From positions 682,001 through 746,000 of the forward strand of contig NW_027590192.1 of NCBI RefSeq assembly GCF_964213995.1: a DNA stretch of 64,000 nucleotides, read 5' to 3'. Position numbers and translations under genes: made by a program. This document shows, in pieces, positions 1 to 13,300 of this stretch. Below the pieces are notes generated by a model. The model saw only the letters and a list, made by a program, of their open reading frames with translations, was not told the DNA's origin and did no database searches. Numbering within the stretch: position 1 is the stretch's first letter; the number at the start of each line of letters is the position of its first letter. The DNA comes from Mustelus asterias. Its lineage: Eukaryota.

Positions 1-1243
1 CTCTGAATTCTCCTGACTTGGTAGTGCAGTTGATGTTATCTACAGTGCAGTTGATGTTGTCTGCATGGACTTTAGCAAGGCCTTTGACAAGGTACCGGAT
101 GATAGGTTGTTGCATGAGGTTAAATCTCACGGGATCCAGGGTGAGGTATGTAAATGGATACAAAATTGACAGAAGTCAGAGGGTGGTTGTGGAGGGTCGT
201 TTTTCAAACTGGAGGCCTGTGACCACCGGTGTGCCTCAGGGATCAGTGCTGGACCTACTGTTATTTGTCATTTATATTAAAGATTTGGATGAGAATATCG
301 GAAACATGGTTTGTAAGTTTGCAGATGACACCATGATTGGTGGCATAGTGGACGGTGAAGAACGGTATCTCCAATTGCAACGGGATCTTGATCAATTGGG
401 CCAGTCGGCCGACGAATGGCAGATGGAGTTTAATTTCGACAAATGCGAGGCGATGCATTTTGGTCGACTGAATCAGAGCAGGACTTACTAAGTTAATGGT
501 AGGGCGTTGGGCAGAGTTACAGAACAAAAAGATCTAGGGGTACAGGTTCACAGCTCCTTGAAAGTGGAGTCACAGATGGACAGAGTGGTGAAGAAGGCAT
601 TCGTCATGCTTGGTTTCATCTGTCAGAACATTGAATACAGGAGTTGGAATGTCTTGTTGAAGTTGTACAAGACATTGGAACGGTCGCAATGGAATACTGT
701 GTGCAGTTCTTTTCACCCTATTATAGAAAGGATATAATTAAACTTGAAAGAGTGCCGAAAACATTTACTAGGATGCTTCCGGGACTGACGGTTTGAGTTA
801 TAAGGAGAGGCTGGATAGACTGGGATTTTTTTTCCTGGAGCATAGAAGGCTGAGGGGTGATCTTACAGAGATCTACAAAATAATGAGAGGCACAGATTAG
901 CTAGACAGTCAATATCTTTTCCCAAAGGTAGGGGAGCCTGAAACTAGTGGGCATAGTTTCAAAGTGAGAGGGGAGATATACAAACGTGTCCAGAGGGGCA
1001 ATTTCTTAACATAGAAGGTGGTGAGTGTCTGGAACAAGCTGCCAGAGGTAGTAGTAGAGGCGGGTACAATTTTGTTTTTAAAAAAACATTTAGATAGTTA
1101 CATGGGTAAATTGGGTTCAGAGGGATATGGGCCAAAAGCGAGCATTGGGATGAGCGTAGGGGCTTAAAATAAATGAGCGGCATGGACAAGTCGGGCCGAA
1201 GGGCCTGTTTCCATGCTGTAATCTTCTATGACTATGGCTCTAT
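1..1243 (+). mobile_element. CR1-clade LINE (HER1-like) 3' fragment, RT C-terminus plus 3' UTR, decayed
   Basis: ORF pieces GVPQGSVL...KFADDT...LQRDLDQL...WQMEFN and KDLGVQVH...VVKKA; stops and frameshifts; ends in ctatga-type tail. Confidence 0.9.
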
Positions 1244-2029
1244 GCCTCTTTGTGGCTTGCCGGTCCTGTGTGAGCCATCCTTACCACCGAAATCTGATTC
1301 TAAGAGCTGCTGTATGGTGATGATTGAAGACAGAGTCCCTGAACTACTCCAAGGACGAACCCGCACTTGACTGCACATGGATTTTGTTCAGATTTCCGGT
1401 ATTTTCAATATTTTACATTTTTTTTAATAGAACAAATCCATTTATTTTTAACCATGGTCTGTTACCATTTGCTTTTAAGCTGCTGTTCCACTTGATTTTA
1501 CCCAAATGATTCATTTTGTTTGCTTCATCTCTCCCATTCAGTTCACACTTTGCAATTTAATTTGTGCCGCCCTACAATCTGATTTCTGTATCTGTGTCAC
1601 ACGCCTTCAGTCAATGTTTATCTCTCTTCTCACGTCCCCTGTGAAAATCCCGACATTGTTTAATCTCTGTTCAATCAACCTTCCCATTGTCCATGTGCCT
1701 CCACAGAACTGTCTCGATCCACCTATCAGACTGCACGGTACCGCATCGGTGGCAAAGCTAATTGGTGAATTATCAAACTTTTTGCTTTATGTCACATTAT
1801 AATAAACACCTTTACTTGATTTTTTTTTACATCACAAACTCAGTTCGCCTTCATCTGTAACCATCTGTTGGAAATTAATTGTACCCTTTACTGCCGTAAA
1901 TCTCACCTCAGACTGTACAGATATTGAAGCTTTCCAAGCTCAGTTAGAATTAGTCTTTGAAGACATTTAGGTTTGGGCAACGTTCGTGTACAAACGCCCC
2001 ATTAAATGACAATTTCCAACAAGAGCGAA

Positions 2030-3380
2030 TATGACAATCTCCCATTGACAACGAGTCACCCGCCATAAAGCGTCTGGGTTAGCAATGAAGAGAAAGTACT
2101 GGACCTCACAACGAAATAATTTGTTACAACAGCAAATAAAATACGAAGAATCTTGCGGTGGCTATCTCACCTTCTGACTCCCCAAAGTCTCCCACTATCT
2201 AAGAGTTACAAACCAGGTTGGCGATTTAATATTTTCAACTTGTCCGGTTCAGTGCAATTCCAACAACACTAAAGAGATTTAGAACATAGAACATAGAAAA
2301 GAGAACAGAGAACAGTACAGCACAGAACAGGCCCTTCGGCCCACGATGTTGTGCCAAACATGATACCAAATTAAACTAATCTTTTCTGCCTGCCCTTGAC
2401 CCATATCCCTCTATTTCTTGCATATTCACGTGCTTATCTAAAAGAGCCTTAAACATCCCTATCGTATCTGCCTCCACCACCACCACGCTTGGCAGCGCGT
2501 TCCAGATTCCTACCAATCTATGTTTAAAAAAAATGCCCCTCACACCTGCTTTGAATTCTTCCCCTTTCACCTTATGAGTGGGACCCCGAGTGTTAAACAT
2601 TTGAACATTCTGACGCTCAACCCTATCTATGCCTCCCATAATTATCGAGACTTATATCAGGTCTCCTCACAGCCTCCACCGCTCCAAAGAAACGAACCCC
2701 AGTCTGTCCAGCCTTTCCTGATAGCTATATGCTCTATTCCAGGCAGCACGCTCTCCAAAGCCTCGACATATTTTCTGTAATGTGGCGACCAGAATGGAAT
2801 GGAATATTCTAAGTGTCGCCTAACAAAAATGTAATCAAGCTGCAACATTTCGTCCTGAGTCTTGTACACAATGTCCCGACCAATAAAGGCAAGCACGCCA
2901 TAGACCTTATCTACCAACCTCTCTATGTGTTTGGACCATCCAGGGCAAGCTGCCATTTCCATGAAAAAGAACCCACAACCTTAAACATTCATTCCCTCCA
3001 CAACCGATACAAAGTGGCAGCAGTGTGTGTTGGATACACACTTGATACACTATCTATTGGATATATTGCAACAAATCGCCATGGCTCCGTCGACAGCACC
3101 TTCCAAAGCCACAAACTCCACTTCCGAAAAGGACAAGAGCAGCAGATTCATGAGAAAAGTATCAGCTGCAAGTTCCCCTGCAAGTCACACCGCATCCTGA
3201 CTTGGAAATATGTCGCCGACATATTTAGCGGAATTCCTGGATATTTTTCCCAAAAGATCTACAGCTGCAACTCACATGGAATGTGATAGTTCATGAAGGT
3301 GAACTGTCACCATTTCAATTATAATTACGCCACCATTTCAATAATAGTTACGAATGGTCAACAATGTCCGACCTTTCCAC
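2030..3380 (+). mobile_element. Old L2/CR1-type LINE 3' fragment, interrupted by a younger CR1 insertion
   Basis: Segments 2030-2280 and 2933-3380 are colinear with the better-preserved copy at 52310-53225 (caccttaaacat..., tgcaagttcccc...cacac...ctgacttg). Confidence 0.6.
2281..2930 (-). mobile_element. CR1-clade LINE 3' fragment
   Basis: agaacatagaacatag tail at left; minus-strand ORFs LAFIGRDIVYK...HLEYSIPFWSPHY and WNALPSVVV. Confidence 0.85.
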
Positions 3381-3585
3381 CTGCTATGAAACAGCTTGCG
3401 TTAGTAAATAAAATTAATGCCCAGATAATAAACTAATTTATTTCTGGAGAAAAAAATGGAGGGCGGAAAAAATATTACATGTTTGCCCTTCCGAGTCCCA
3501 AACACCAAGGAAATGTTGAATCCACAGCACTAATTGATCAATCCGGTCCTATCTTTACTGTGAAAATAGTAACTGTGACAGAGCT

Positions 3586-3942
3586 CCATAAGACCATAAG
3601 ACCATAAGACATAGGAGCGGAAGTAAGGCCATTCGGCCCATCGAGTCCACTCCACCATTCAATCATGGTTGATTTCAACTCCATTTACCCGCTCTCTCCC
3701 CATAGCCCTTAATTCCTCGAGAAATCAAGAATTTATCAATTTCTGTCTTGAAGACGCTCAACGTCTCGGCCTCCACAGCCCTCTGTGGCAATGAATTCCA
3801 CAGACCCACCACTCTCTGGCTGAAGAAATTTCTCCTCATCTCTGTTCTAAAGTGACTCCCTTTTATTCTAAGGCTGTGCCCCCGCGTCCTAGTCTCCCCT
3901 GTTAATGGAAACAACTTCCCTACGTCCATCCTATCTAAGCCG
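3586..3942 (-). mobile_element. CR1-clade LINE 3' fragment (young)
   Basis: (ccataaga)n tail; ORF LFPLTGETRTRGHSL...RRNFFSQRVVGLWNSLP. Confidence 0.9.
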
Positions 3943-4114
3943 GTATGTTTCCATTCACTGAGAGAAATCTACCACATATCGGTCGCACTGCACCATGGAG
4001 ATAGAGGAAGTGAGGTAAGAGCACCCTGAGACACGACAGTAGATTGTTGAGGGTGGGGTTTGGAACCGGAGTTTAAGCATACCCTACTCTCATTTTACAG
4101 AGCAGACAGCGACA

Positions 4115-4577
4115 ATGATCTGCATCTGGGTTTTGTGGGGTGCATTTCTCGCAGGTAATTTTGAATGTAATGCATTTCATATCTTTATCATTTCCCAAAC
4201 ATGGGTAAATTAAATATCAAATAACCACAGTTCATATATTTTCCTGTTTGAATATGTTTTCTTTCCAGATCTATGTCATGCCAATTCTGTCAATCAGATA
4301 TTCTCCTCGGTTACAAAGACAGAAGGAGAAGCGGTGTCATTACCCTGTAGCTATGAAACTACGAGGAACAGTTATAGATTATTCTGGTATAGGCAAAACT
4401 CAGATACACAGCTATCGTATACACTGAGGAAGGACAGCGATGGCGATGAATTTAAAGCTGATTTTGCAGAAAATCGTTTCTCTGCAGATCTCCAGACCTC
4501 GAAGAAATCCATCAATTTAATCATCTCGGGTCTTCAGTTGACAGACGCTGCCGTGTATTATTGCGCTTTCTGGGACT
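4115..4577 (+). CDS. TCR Valpha/Vdelta gene segment, apparently functional (leader 4115-4154, V exon 4269-4577)
   Basis: Leader MICIWVLWGAFLA with phase-1 GT-AG intron; V exon with C23 (SLPCSY), WYRQ and DAAVYYCAFWD; followed by 23-RSS. Confidence 0.93.
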
Positions 4578-4616
4578 CACAGTGATAGAAAGCAGGCTCA
4601 ACCCTGTACAAAAACT
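4578..4616 (+). promoter_or_regulatory. 23-RSS of the V segment
   Basis: CACAGTG + 23 nt + ACAAAAACT. Confidence 0.97.
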
Positions 4617-5449
4617 TCGACAACTGCTGCAGTTGGTAGCTCTGGTCCGCTGGAGGATGTGGGGAATCTCTGTTAGATTCAGTCACAATGTGCTTTGTGA
4701 TGTCAGCCCCTCAAACAAACGACTACAGGAAACCAAATTAACCTCGGATCAAACTGCCAGTCAACAGTTTCCAGGGGTGAGAGAGAAAGCAAAACTATTG
4801 ATTCCAATCAGGCCGAGACGCAACACAGTACCGTGTTTGAAGAGGGCCGCTCTCATCGCCAAACTCAATGATCTGCTGTTGTGTGAGAACTGTTGGTATC
4901 AGACGGATTTCATTGATTTAAACATTGCAAATTGAGTTACAATATAATTACAGGGGAGCGGCAGTGATGATGTTCGGCTAAAGTGTGGGAATGAAAGTCT
5001 GACCTCTTTATTACCACGAATAAAACAAAACGATTGTAAATTTAAAATATTCCAGTATTTGGTAGACATCCTGAAAAACATTGGACTTTGAGGGTGGTCA
5101 ATTCTTGAGTCCGTTTTGATGACCACAATCCCTAACTTGTGAGATATGTTGATTCTGTATGCACAGTGCCTGATACAAGAACAATCTCTGATCAAATATA
5201 CACTGTCAACTGTCCGCAGTGACAGACTAAACAAAACGGTGTGGGGAGATGAGATTACATTGCATTACATGGCAGGCATTCGAAGTAAGGACATCAAAGG
5301 ACAAAGAGTCATTTGCAATGTCACAAGTGTATTTATGAAGTTTCTGAATAGAGGTCAAAATCAAACAATCTAAATCCACAAGTGCTCGCCTCCTTTTTTG
5401 ACTCATTGCTGTACTTTGCGCTCACTTCCTCTCACGATGGAAGCTGGAT

Positions 5450-5810
5450 AGTTTTTTATATATTCATGCGTGAGATATGGGCGTCCCTGGCTGGCTAGCA
5501 TTTATTACCCATCCAGAGTTGACAGAGGGCAGTTGAGAGTCAGCCACATAATTGTGGCTCTGGAGTCACACGTAGGCCAGACCGGGTAAGGGCGGTAAAT
5601 TTTCTTCCCTAAAAAAACATTAGTGAACCAAATGAGTCTTTCCGACAATTAACAATGGTTTCTTCAGTCGATTCTTAATTCCAGATTATTAAAATTGTAC
5701 TCAGATTACACCATCTGAGGTGGAGGAATTGGAACTCAGGTCCCCAAGACATGAGCTGAGTTTCTGGATTGATAGTCTCGCGATAATACCTCTAGGCCAT
5801 TGCCTCCGCA
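5450..5810 (-). mobile_element. SacSINE1/DeuSINE-like SINE
   Basis: Same family as 20080-20470 and 25545-25885 (gagtcaaccacatt...tgtaggccagacc...ttccttccct...cattagtgaa); 3' tail shared with the L2/CR1-type LINE; family name from recall. Confidence 0.65.
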
Positions 5811-6147
5811 GCAATATAAATGTTACTGAGCGGTGTGATATATCTGCGATATCTCTGCGATATGTCTGGTGGACACTCTCTGCAAATCCCATGATGAGTT
5901 TTATCCGGGTGCTCTTGTCACTACAGCAGGGTGGCGCTCATTCTGTATCATTACACATTGTCCAAATTGTCCCAAACCAACGCTTTGAAAATTTGCAATT
6001 CAAGGTAAGTTGAGAAATCACGTTGAAATAAACCATTTTCTTCTTGAAATAAGTGGCATGGGCTCTCAGTCGAACAAAAAGAACCTGCAGCAACACGGCG
6101 CAATTGAACATTGCAGAGAGGCAAGTTAATGCAGAGCGCTGTTAACT

Positions 6148-6220
6148 GCTTCGAGAGTGTCGTGATTATCACGTTCACCTCACACGAGAAAAGTATCTGG
6201 TTCAAAACCGAGCAGAAACA
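6148..6220 (+). pseudogene. tRNA-Val(CAC) pseudogene
   Basis: gcttcgagagtgtcgtgattatcacgttcacctCACacgagaaaagtatctggttcaaaaccgagcagaaaca aligns without gaps to vertebrate tRNA-Val; many stem mismatches. Confidence 0.8.
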
Positions 6221-7127
6221 CTGTTGAATCCTTCTCGTTAAGCGTGAGGAAAGTTTGCATGATTAAGTTCATTTCTCAACATTATCCGAATCTCGATGTT
6301 GCATTAACTCAAATGCTTTTATGATAATCAGAAATGCTTTATTTTAGGATGCAATGGCAGGAACTAAACGTTTGTATTGTTTGTTGATATATTCGCAACT
6401 CGTTCAGTCCACAACAGAATTTAATGGGTTTATAGGTGCAGACTAATATATTTAATCATCATCTGAAACATGTCTAATAGTATTACGTGCTCATAAAGAT
6501 AGACACAAGTGATACTGTAAATGAACGAGAGGAAATGGCGCACGTTTCCGAGAAGCATCTTTTTAAAATTGTACTTCATGATCAAGAACTTGGAAAAACG
6601 ACTCAGACAGATGAGGGAATCGAGAATCAGTGCAGACTTGCTCGACTTCCTATAGATGAACGAGATTTAGACGCCAGAATGTTTCACACACAGAATAAAG
6701 AGGGATCAAGTACAACTAACAAATCATCACTAAATCTCTTCCCTTGAAAGACACGTGATTTTGTTTAAAAGATGATTGTGGTCAATCTCAAATAAGCACC
6801 ATGACATATGTATTACCCAGTGATGCGATTTCTTTTGTTGGACAGTCAAATTGGCAATTCAATGTTGTATATCTCAGAGATATTGAATAGAGAATGAGGA
6901 CGCCTGTGTTAAATAAATGTATTGATATTAAATGTCGAATAACGACAACTGCTGGATATAACTTGTTGAAATTATTCAACGAAGATGAGAATTATGCATT
7001 AATGGTTGATTAGAAATTATTGCTCCCATAGACATTTGCCGGACGAACGCTTTTTAGTTTTGAAGTACAAGATAATATGAGACTTAAAGTTGGAAGTAAC
7101 GGATGTGTTCTTGCATTAAGTGACATA

Positions 7128-7458
7128 CATAGAAACTCTACAGTGCAGAAAGAGGCCGTTTGGCCCATCGAGTCTGCAGCGACCACAATCCCACCCAGGC
7201 CCTACCCCATATCCCACCCGCTAATCCCCCTAACCTACACATCTCAGGACACTAAGGGGCAACTTGTTTTTTAGCATGGCCAATCAACCTAACCCGCACA
7301 TCTTTGGACTGTGGGAGGAAACCGGAGCACCCGGAGGAAACCCACGCAGGCACGAGGAGAATGTGCAAACTCCACACAGACAGTGACCCAAGCCGTGAAT
7401 CGAACCCAGATCGCTGGAGCTGTGAAGCAGCAGTGCTAACCATTGTGCTACCGTGCCG
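7128..7458 (-). mobile_element. HE1-type (V-SINE) tRNA-derived SINE
   Basis: Reverse complement of head ggcacggtagcac..ggttagcactgctgcttcacagc, core tgtggagtttgcacattctcc and CR1-like tail. Confidence 0.9.
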
Positions 7459-7550
7459 ACATGGCTCTCAATCTAATCATTGGAACCTGCAGCAACACAG
7501 TGGAGTTGAACATTGTAGTCAGGCCAATTGGCGGCGCTATGCTGCTATTT

Positions 7551-7623
7551 CTTGATGTAGTGTCATGGTTACCACGTTCGCGGAACACGTGAAGGGTTCC
7601 TGGTTCGAAGTCGGGCAGGCACA
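7551..7623 (+). pseudogene. tRNA-Val(AAC) pseudogene
   Basis: gtagtgtcatggttaccacgttcgcggAACacgtgaagggttcctggttcgaagtcgggc; same position within the duplicated unit as 6148. Confidence 0.7.
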
Positions 7624-7899
7624 CTTCTCGATCTTTCTCATTAAGAGTGTGTGAAGTCTGCATGACCTAAGTCCATCGCTCAACATTATGGGAATCTCGA
7701 TGTTCCATCAACTCAAATGCGTTTCGGAAAATTAGATCCCAGATCAACTCAAATGCTTATAGGAAAATTAGAAATGTTGTATTTTAGGAGGCAATGGCAG
7801 GAAATAAATGGTTGTAGTGATTGTACACATATTCGCAACTCGTTCAGTCTACAACAGAAATTAATGGGTTTATAGATGTAGACTAACATGTTAATCGCG

Positions 7900-8224
7900 A
7901 TAGAATCACAGAGTCATAGAGAGTCATCGAGGTTCACAGCATGAAAACAGGCCCTTCGGCCCAACTTGTCCATGCCGCCCCTTTTTCTAACTCCTAAGCT
8001 AGTCCCAATTGCACGCGTTTAGCCTATATCCCTCTGTACCCATCTTACCTATGTAACTGTCCGAATGCGTTTTGAAAGACAAAATTGTTCCCTCCTCTTC
8101 TACTACCTCTGTCAGCTTGTTCCAGACACTCACCACTCTGTGCGAAAAAAATGTCCCTCTCGACCCTTTTGTATTTCTCCCCTCTCACTTTAAGACGATG
8201 CCCTCTAGTTTTAGACTGCCCTAC
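7900..8224 (-). mobile_element. CR1 LINE 3' fragment
   Basis: agagtcatag tail; same family as 1-1243. Confidence 0.85.
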
Positions 8225-9431
8225 CACACACAAATAAAGAGTGATCGAGTATAACAAACAGATCATTCTGAAATCTCTTCCCTTTTAAGATATTTGATTT
8301 CATTGAAAAACTGACTGGTCAATATCAAATAAGCATCATGGTATTACTCAGTGACTCGAATTCATTTGTCGGTCAGTCATGTTTCCATTTCAATGTTGTA
8401 TATTTCAGAGATATTCAATTCAGAATGAGGACATCGTGTTAATTAAATGTATAGATATTAAATGTTGAATATAAAACAAATACTGGAAAGAGCTGGTTGA
8501 AATTATTCAACGGAAGAGGAGAATGATGTATTAATGACTGAGCATATTCTATGATTCTATGATTTACAGGAGAAATCATTGCTCCCTTAGACATTTTCTG
8601 GATGAACGCCTTTAAATTTTGAAATCCTAGATAAGTTGAGGAATCACGTTGAAAATAACGGTTGTCTTCTTGTATTGCGGTACATGGACTCTGAAAGACA
8701 CATGAATTGCAGAATCACAACCGCGGTAGGGAACAATATGGAGAAAATGTGGAGGGGGTGAGGGCGATGGAGGAGGAACATTTTTCCGGTTGGATGTTTC
8801 TTTTTATTCAATAGCGAGATATGGGTGTAGCTGGTTGTGTCAGCAATATTACCCATCACTTATTGGTTCTTGAGAAGGTGGTGGTAATCTACCTTCTTGA
8901 ACTGCTGCTGTCTATTGGTTTCCGCGCATCCATAGAGCTGTTGGGGGTGGAGGGTGGCGGGGGCGGGGGGAGGGAGGGGTTCGTTATTCCAGGACCATGT
9001 CCCAGTGACAGTGAAGGTTCAGCGATATATTTCCAAGTCAGTGTGTTGATTGGCTTGGAGGGGAACTTCCAGATGGTAGCGGTCTTGGGTTTGAAAGCTG
9101 CTCTCTAAGATGCATTTGGTGAGTTCATGCATCATCCAGACAAGTGGAGAATATTTCATCACACTCTTGACCTGTGCCTTGTAAATGGTGGACAGGTTTT
9201 AGGGACTCAGGAGGTGACTTCCTCACCGCAGGATTCCTAGCCTCGGACCTGCTCGTGTAGCCACTGCACGAACTGATAAAATGTGTGCTGAGCGACAATA
9301 TGAGCATTTCTTTTCGTGCTCAGTGTGGAGTGGATTTTCAGCACTTTTCTTTTTTTTTCTGAATGCATCTTGAGGCATATGTAACAGCTAATGCCATGCG
9401 CTTGTAAAATATTCTTTTCAAGTAATATTCA

Positions 9432-9606
9432 TTAAGAAGTCCCACAACACGAGCTTAATGTCCAACAGATTTATTTGGAATCAGTACCTGATGAAGGTGG
9501 AGTGCTCCGAAAGCTCGAAATTCCAAATAAACGTGATGGACTTTAACCTGATGTGAGACTTCTTACTTTGCCCACCCCAGTCCAATGCCGGGCATCTCCA
9601 CCTCAA
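9432..9606. mobile_element. Penelope-type palindromic repeat with hammerhead-like motif
   Basis: Inverted arms aagaagtc..caacac..gtccaaca / ggactttaacc..gtgagacttctt around cctgatgaagg..ctccgaaagctc. Confidence 0.6.
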
Positions 9607-9853
9607 ATGATATTCGACAATTGGTCCAGTGAGGGGATTGGTTAGTGGTTGGGCAGTGTTATTGTCTTTAATTGCAACACGGCAGATTAACTCAGCAACT
9701 CAATTCAAGGGCAATTAGGAATGACTGTAAATGAATAAAGAAAATCACAATGATGGAGCCTATCGTCAGAAGTAAACAAATAATTTTGACAAAGCTTCTG
9801 CCGTATTCTGAAGCGTCGACCCAATATGGAACAACTACTACAAGCTTGCACAC

Positions 9854-9926
9854 GGGCTAGTGGCGCATTGGCTAACGCGTTCGACTATGGAACAAATGGT
9901 TCCAGTTTCGACTTCTGGCTTGCTCG
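9854..9926 (+). pseudogene. tRNA-Arg(ACG)-derived pseudogene
   Basis: gggctagtggcgcattggctaacgcgttcgactatggaacaaatggttccagtttcgacttctggcttgctcg, 73 nt, colinear with vertebrate tRNA-Arg-ACG; anticodon mutated. Confidence 0.8.
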
Positions 9927-9999
9927 GTGCAACTTTTAAAAAAGTTCACAAGTTCCATGTTACTTTTGATGACTGTCTTTAGTAACTTTAGATTGACGA

Positions 10000-10340
10000 G
10001 GCGGCACAGTAGCACAGTGGTTAGCACTGCTGCTTCACAGCTCACGGGTCCCGGGTTCGATTCCCGGCTCGGGTCACTGCCTGTGTGGAGTTTGCACATT
10101 TTCCTCGTGTCTGCGTAGGTTTCCTCCGGGTGCTCCGGTTTCCTCCCACAGTCCAAAGATGTGCGGGTTAGGTTGATTGGCCAGGTTAAAAACTTGCCCC
10201 TTAGAGTCCTGGGATGCATACGTTAGAGGGATTAGCGGGTAAAATATGTGGGGGTAGGGCCTGGGTGGGATTGTGGTCGGTGCAGACTCGATGGGCCGAA
10301 TGGCCTCCTTCTGCACTGTAGGGTTTCTATGATTCTATGA
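10000..10340 (+). mobile_element. HE1-type SINE, full length
   Basis: tRNA-like head with A/B boxes, V-domain core, ttctatga tail. Confidence 0.92.
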
Positions 10341-13300
10341 CTCAGATAAATGCTGACGAACTTCAGTTTGCTTCTCTGGAGCGATTTATCTTAGGAAATT
10401 GTTTTTCAACAGAAACCGACTATTTAAAGTTAAATTCTACTGAAAGATTAGCCTTATTCATATTTAAACGAGTTTTTTAACGAACTTTTGCTATATTGTC
10501 TGGAAAACATTTTGATACGTTTAAACTATTTTTTAAAAGGTTGGAGCCGTCTAGAGATGGTATGGAGAAGTTATTTTGGAAAATGTTGAAACTAGTTTCC
10601 AAAAAGTTGACAAACACTTGTCAAATTCTAGGGAAGAATTTATTTCAAGTCTGTTTAGTGCTAAGAAGTTCACAAGATATTTCAGTTCGATAGCAGTTTT
10701 TCAAAAGTTGACCAATTCTAGTGAAACCCCATGGAGAAATATCTGTGAATAAGTTTCGTTTTGAAACGTTCACAAATTAGCCAGGAGGTCGAGGTGCTGT
10801 AATTGTTCTCCAATGAAGGGGAGGAGATTGAGGATTGAGGTAATCCAGGTGGATGAGATTAGGACAGGTTTTGCTCAGGTCGATAAAGAAAAGATGTTCC
10901 CATTAGCTGGTGGTGCTAAGAGAAGATAGGCTGGGGGTATGGAAGGGGGCATTTTTTTTCAGATTATGGGCAATGGAGGAGGTGAAGGCGATGGAGGAGG
11001 AACATTTTTCCACAGTGAGCACTAAGCATCCAGAACACTTTGCCTACGAGAGTGGTGGACGGGGCTCTTTTAGATAAATAGAAATTCTGAGGCCGGAAGG
11101 TTGACCTCTTGAGAAAGAAAATGCATCTCCAGGAACACTATGGGGCAGCTAAATGGAACTCCTCGATTCAATTTAACCTGTAAAGGCACCACTGCTGTGG
11201 TGTTTGTTAAGAACCTCGCTGATGTTAAATGTGAGGGTACCCCAAAGTAAAGAACGATTAATTGGAACACCAATTTTTAATTGTGGAAATTTTCAATTTG
11301 ACATAATGTATATCAAAAAGGAAATGAATGAGACATGGCCCAGCCTTGTTGCAAATAATTAATAATAGATAGTTATTAAATTTAAGGCAGGCACACAGCA
11401 AGAAAGACACTTCAGCATGGCCCTTAACTTCAATAATGGCTGCAGACACAAAGTATCTCATGAGGTTGACCCCTTTTCCCAGCTGTCCAGGTTCCTGACC
11501 TCAGAGAACTGCCCCTCTCCCTAACATCATTCGAAATTAGATAATGCAGATTATAGTGACTACCCACGGGTTATTTTCCAATTTGAGAAAACCTTCTTCA
11601 GTCCAGCATAGCGGTTCCTCTCTGTTAATTATTTTTAAACGGCAGTACATTGCCTTTTTGCAGAGCCTGCTTTCTCCTGCTGGCTATGGCTTTTGTAGTC
11701 GCTATTCCTCTCCTCCTGTACTCAGCTCCCATGGCTATAGTTTCCATTCCTTTTGATGTCATGCTATCTTAATTACACCTCTTCATATCAATCCATGGTG
11801 AATCACGTACACATTTGTTTTCCTGCTGCTTTACTAATTCGCATATCAAAAACCCCTTCAGACAGATGCACTTTTTAAAATCCAATTCTTCAATTTGTTT
11901 TATCCAAAGTTGAATTTAAATATTTATATTTATAAATCTTGTAATGTTCTGGGTCGAAAGTTGGGGGTGGCCTCCATTCTGAACTGGAGAGGCAGGCCAA
12001 GGCCTTGTTCAGGGGAATCCTGACATCTGTACGCCACGTTCTTCGGGCCTGGGTGAAAGATTTTGGTCGGAATTCCGCTGCGAACGAGAGCGGAGAAATT
12101 GGTGCTCAGCCAAATCTACGTTTACTGCAGCGGGACCGGAGAAATCCAGCTGTGGTCGAGAAACTCGTGTCATAGCATTCTGCGTCCACCTGGTGGCAGT
12201 TCGATCACAGCTATGTTTTCAGACTGTAGACCTTTTCCATAGCAATGATTTTTAAAGGAGGTCCTCTCCCAGCTTTTGCTCCACTCGGCAATGTCTCTCG
12301 TCACTTTGCACCAGATTGTATTTCTGTTCAAATTGCAGGAAGTCCTCTTTTATTTTGACATGTGAGTAGGCTTCTGATGATAACAACCAGATCCTGCCTC
12401 ATATAACACTTCATTGGATCATACTTGTGCTTAACTGACAGTTTGTGTCTGTTGTAAACAATAAAATATATCTTTACATTTTATTATATGTCCTAGCTAA
12501 TTAATATTACGCTGGACGTTCTCCCTGCCCACGTGTCCTGAGGCCATTGCCTGATTTCATATTACACTCGACAACTTTCCGTTCATACTGTATGGTATCA
12601 CTCCATGTCTCGATGTAAAGTCAGTTCATCCCTTTTTCATGCATTCCGCTCAACTGTGCCCCTGTTTGTATTAGAGAAGAATCGGCATCGATAGAACACA
12701 TCTCTGTCAATGTTACAGTTGGCTAGTTCTTTGATATAAATGCACTGAATTATGCAACGGATTTATTACACTTCGACTTGATTCATTGCTCTCCCTGTGT
12801 TACCCTTCGGCCTGCATTAAACTTCGTGGACTATAACAAATTATTGCTCATAATGCCTGAGGCCATTCCCAACTGCTCCTGCACAAGATTCTCTACCTGC
12901 TCAGATCGCACCCTGTTTATATCACACTATATGGTGTTATATCTATTGATGTTATACCGTTCAAATGTTTGTATTACAATCATCCTACCTCAGTTATTAA
13001 TGCACGCAAATTACCTCAATTTATATAACACTAAGACCCTGCCTCAGCTATGAGTGCACCAGAACATATATCAGTTTTTAAAAGACTCGGCCCTGCCTCT
13101 ATTTCTACGACAGTACAGCTTGTCTACATTTCTATTGTATTGGAACTGCTTATGTCATTTGCCGACTTGTCTGTTAACTCTGCACCATGTCTTCCTATCT
13201 GTGACTTATATCGTTACTGTGTTGTATTGCTGTGCTCTGTTTCTAGCGTGGCAGCTGCTAATATTGTGCTTGGACATGGCTCACTTATTACAGCACAAGA

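Larger units (their letters stand above)
6008..8700 (+). repeat. Degenerate tandem duplication of a ~1.07-kb tRNA-Val-containing unit (2 full units plus start of a third)
   Basis: Unit starts near 6008, 7075 and 8633; shared blocks such as gaacctgcagcaacac, atattcgcaactcgttcagt and gttgaaattattcaac; the second unit is split by a SINE and a LINE. Confidence 0.8.

Noticed and set aside
7252-7555. Recurrent ORFs such as MDCGRKPEHPEETH and MVSTAASQL (also near 9.9, 13.6, 22 and 42.8 kb)
   Set aside because: Translations of HE1-type SINEs
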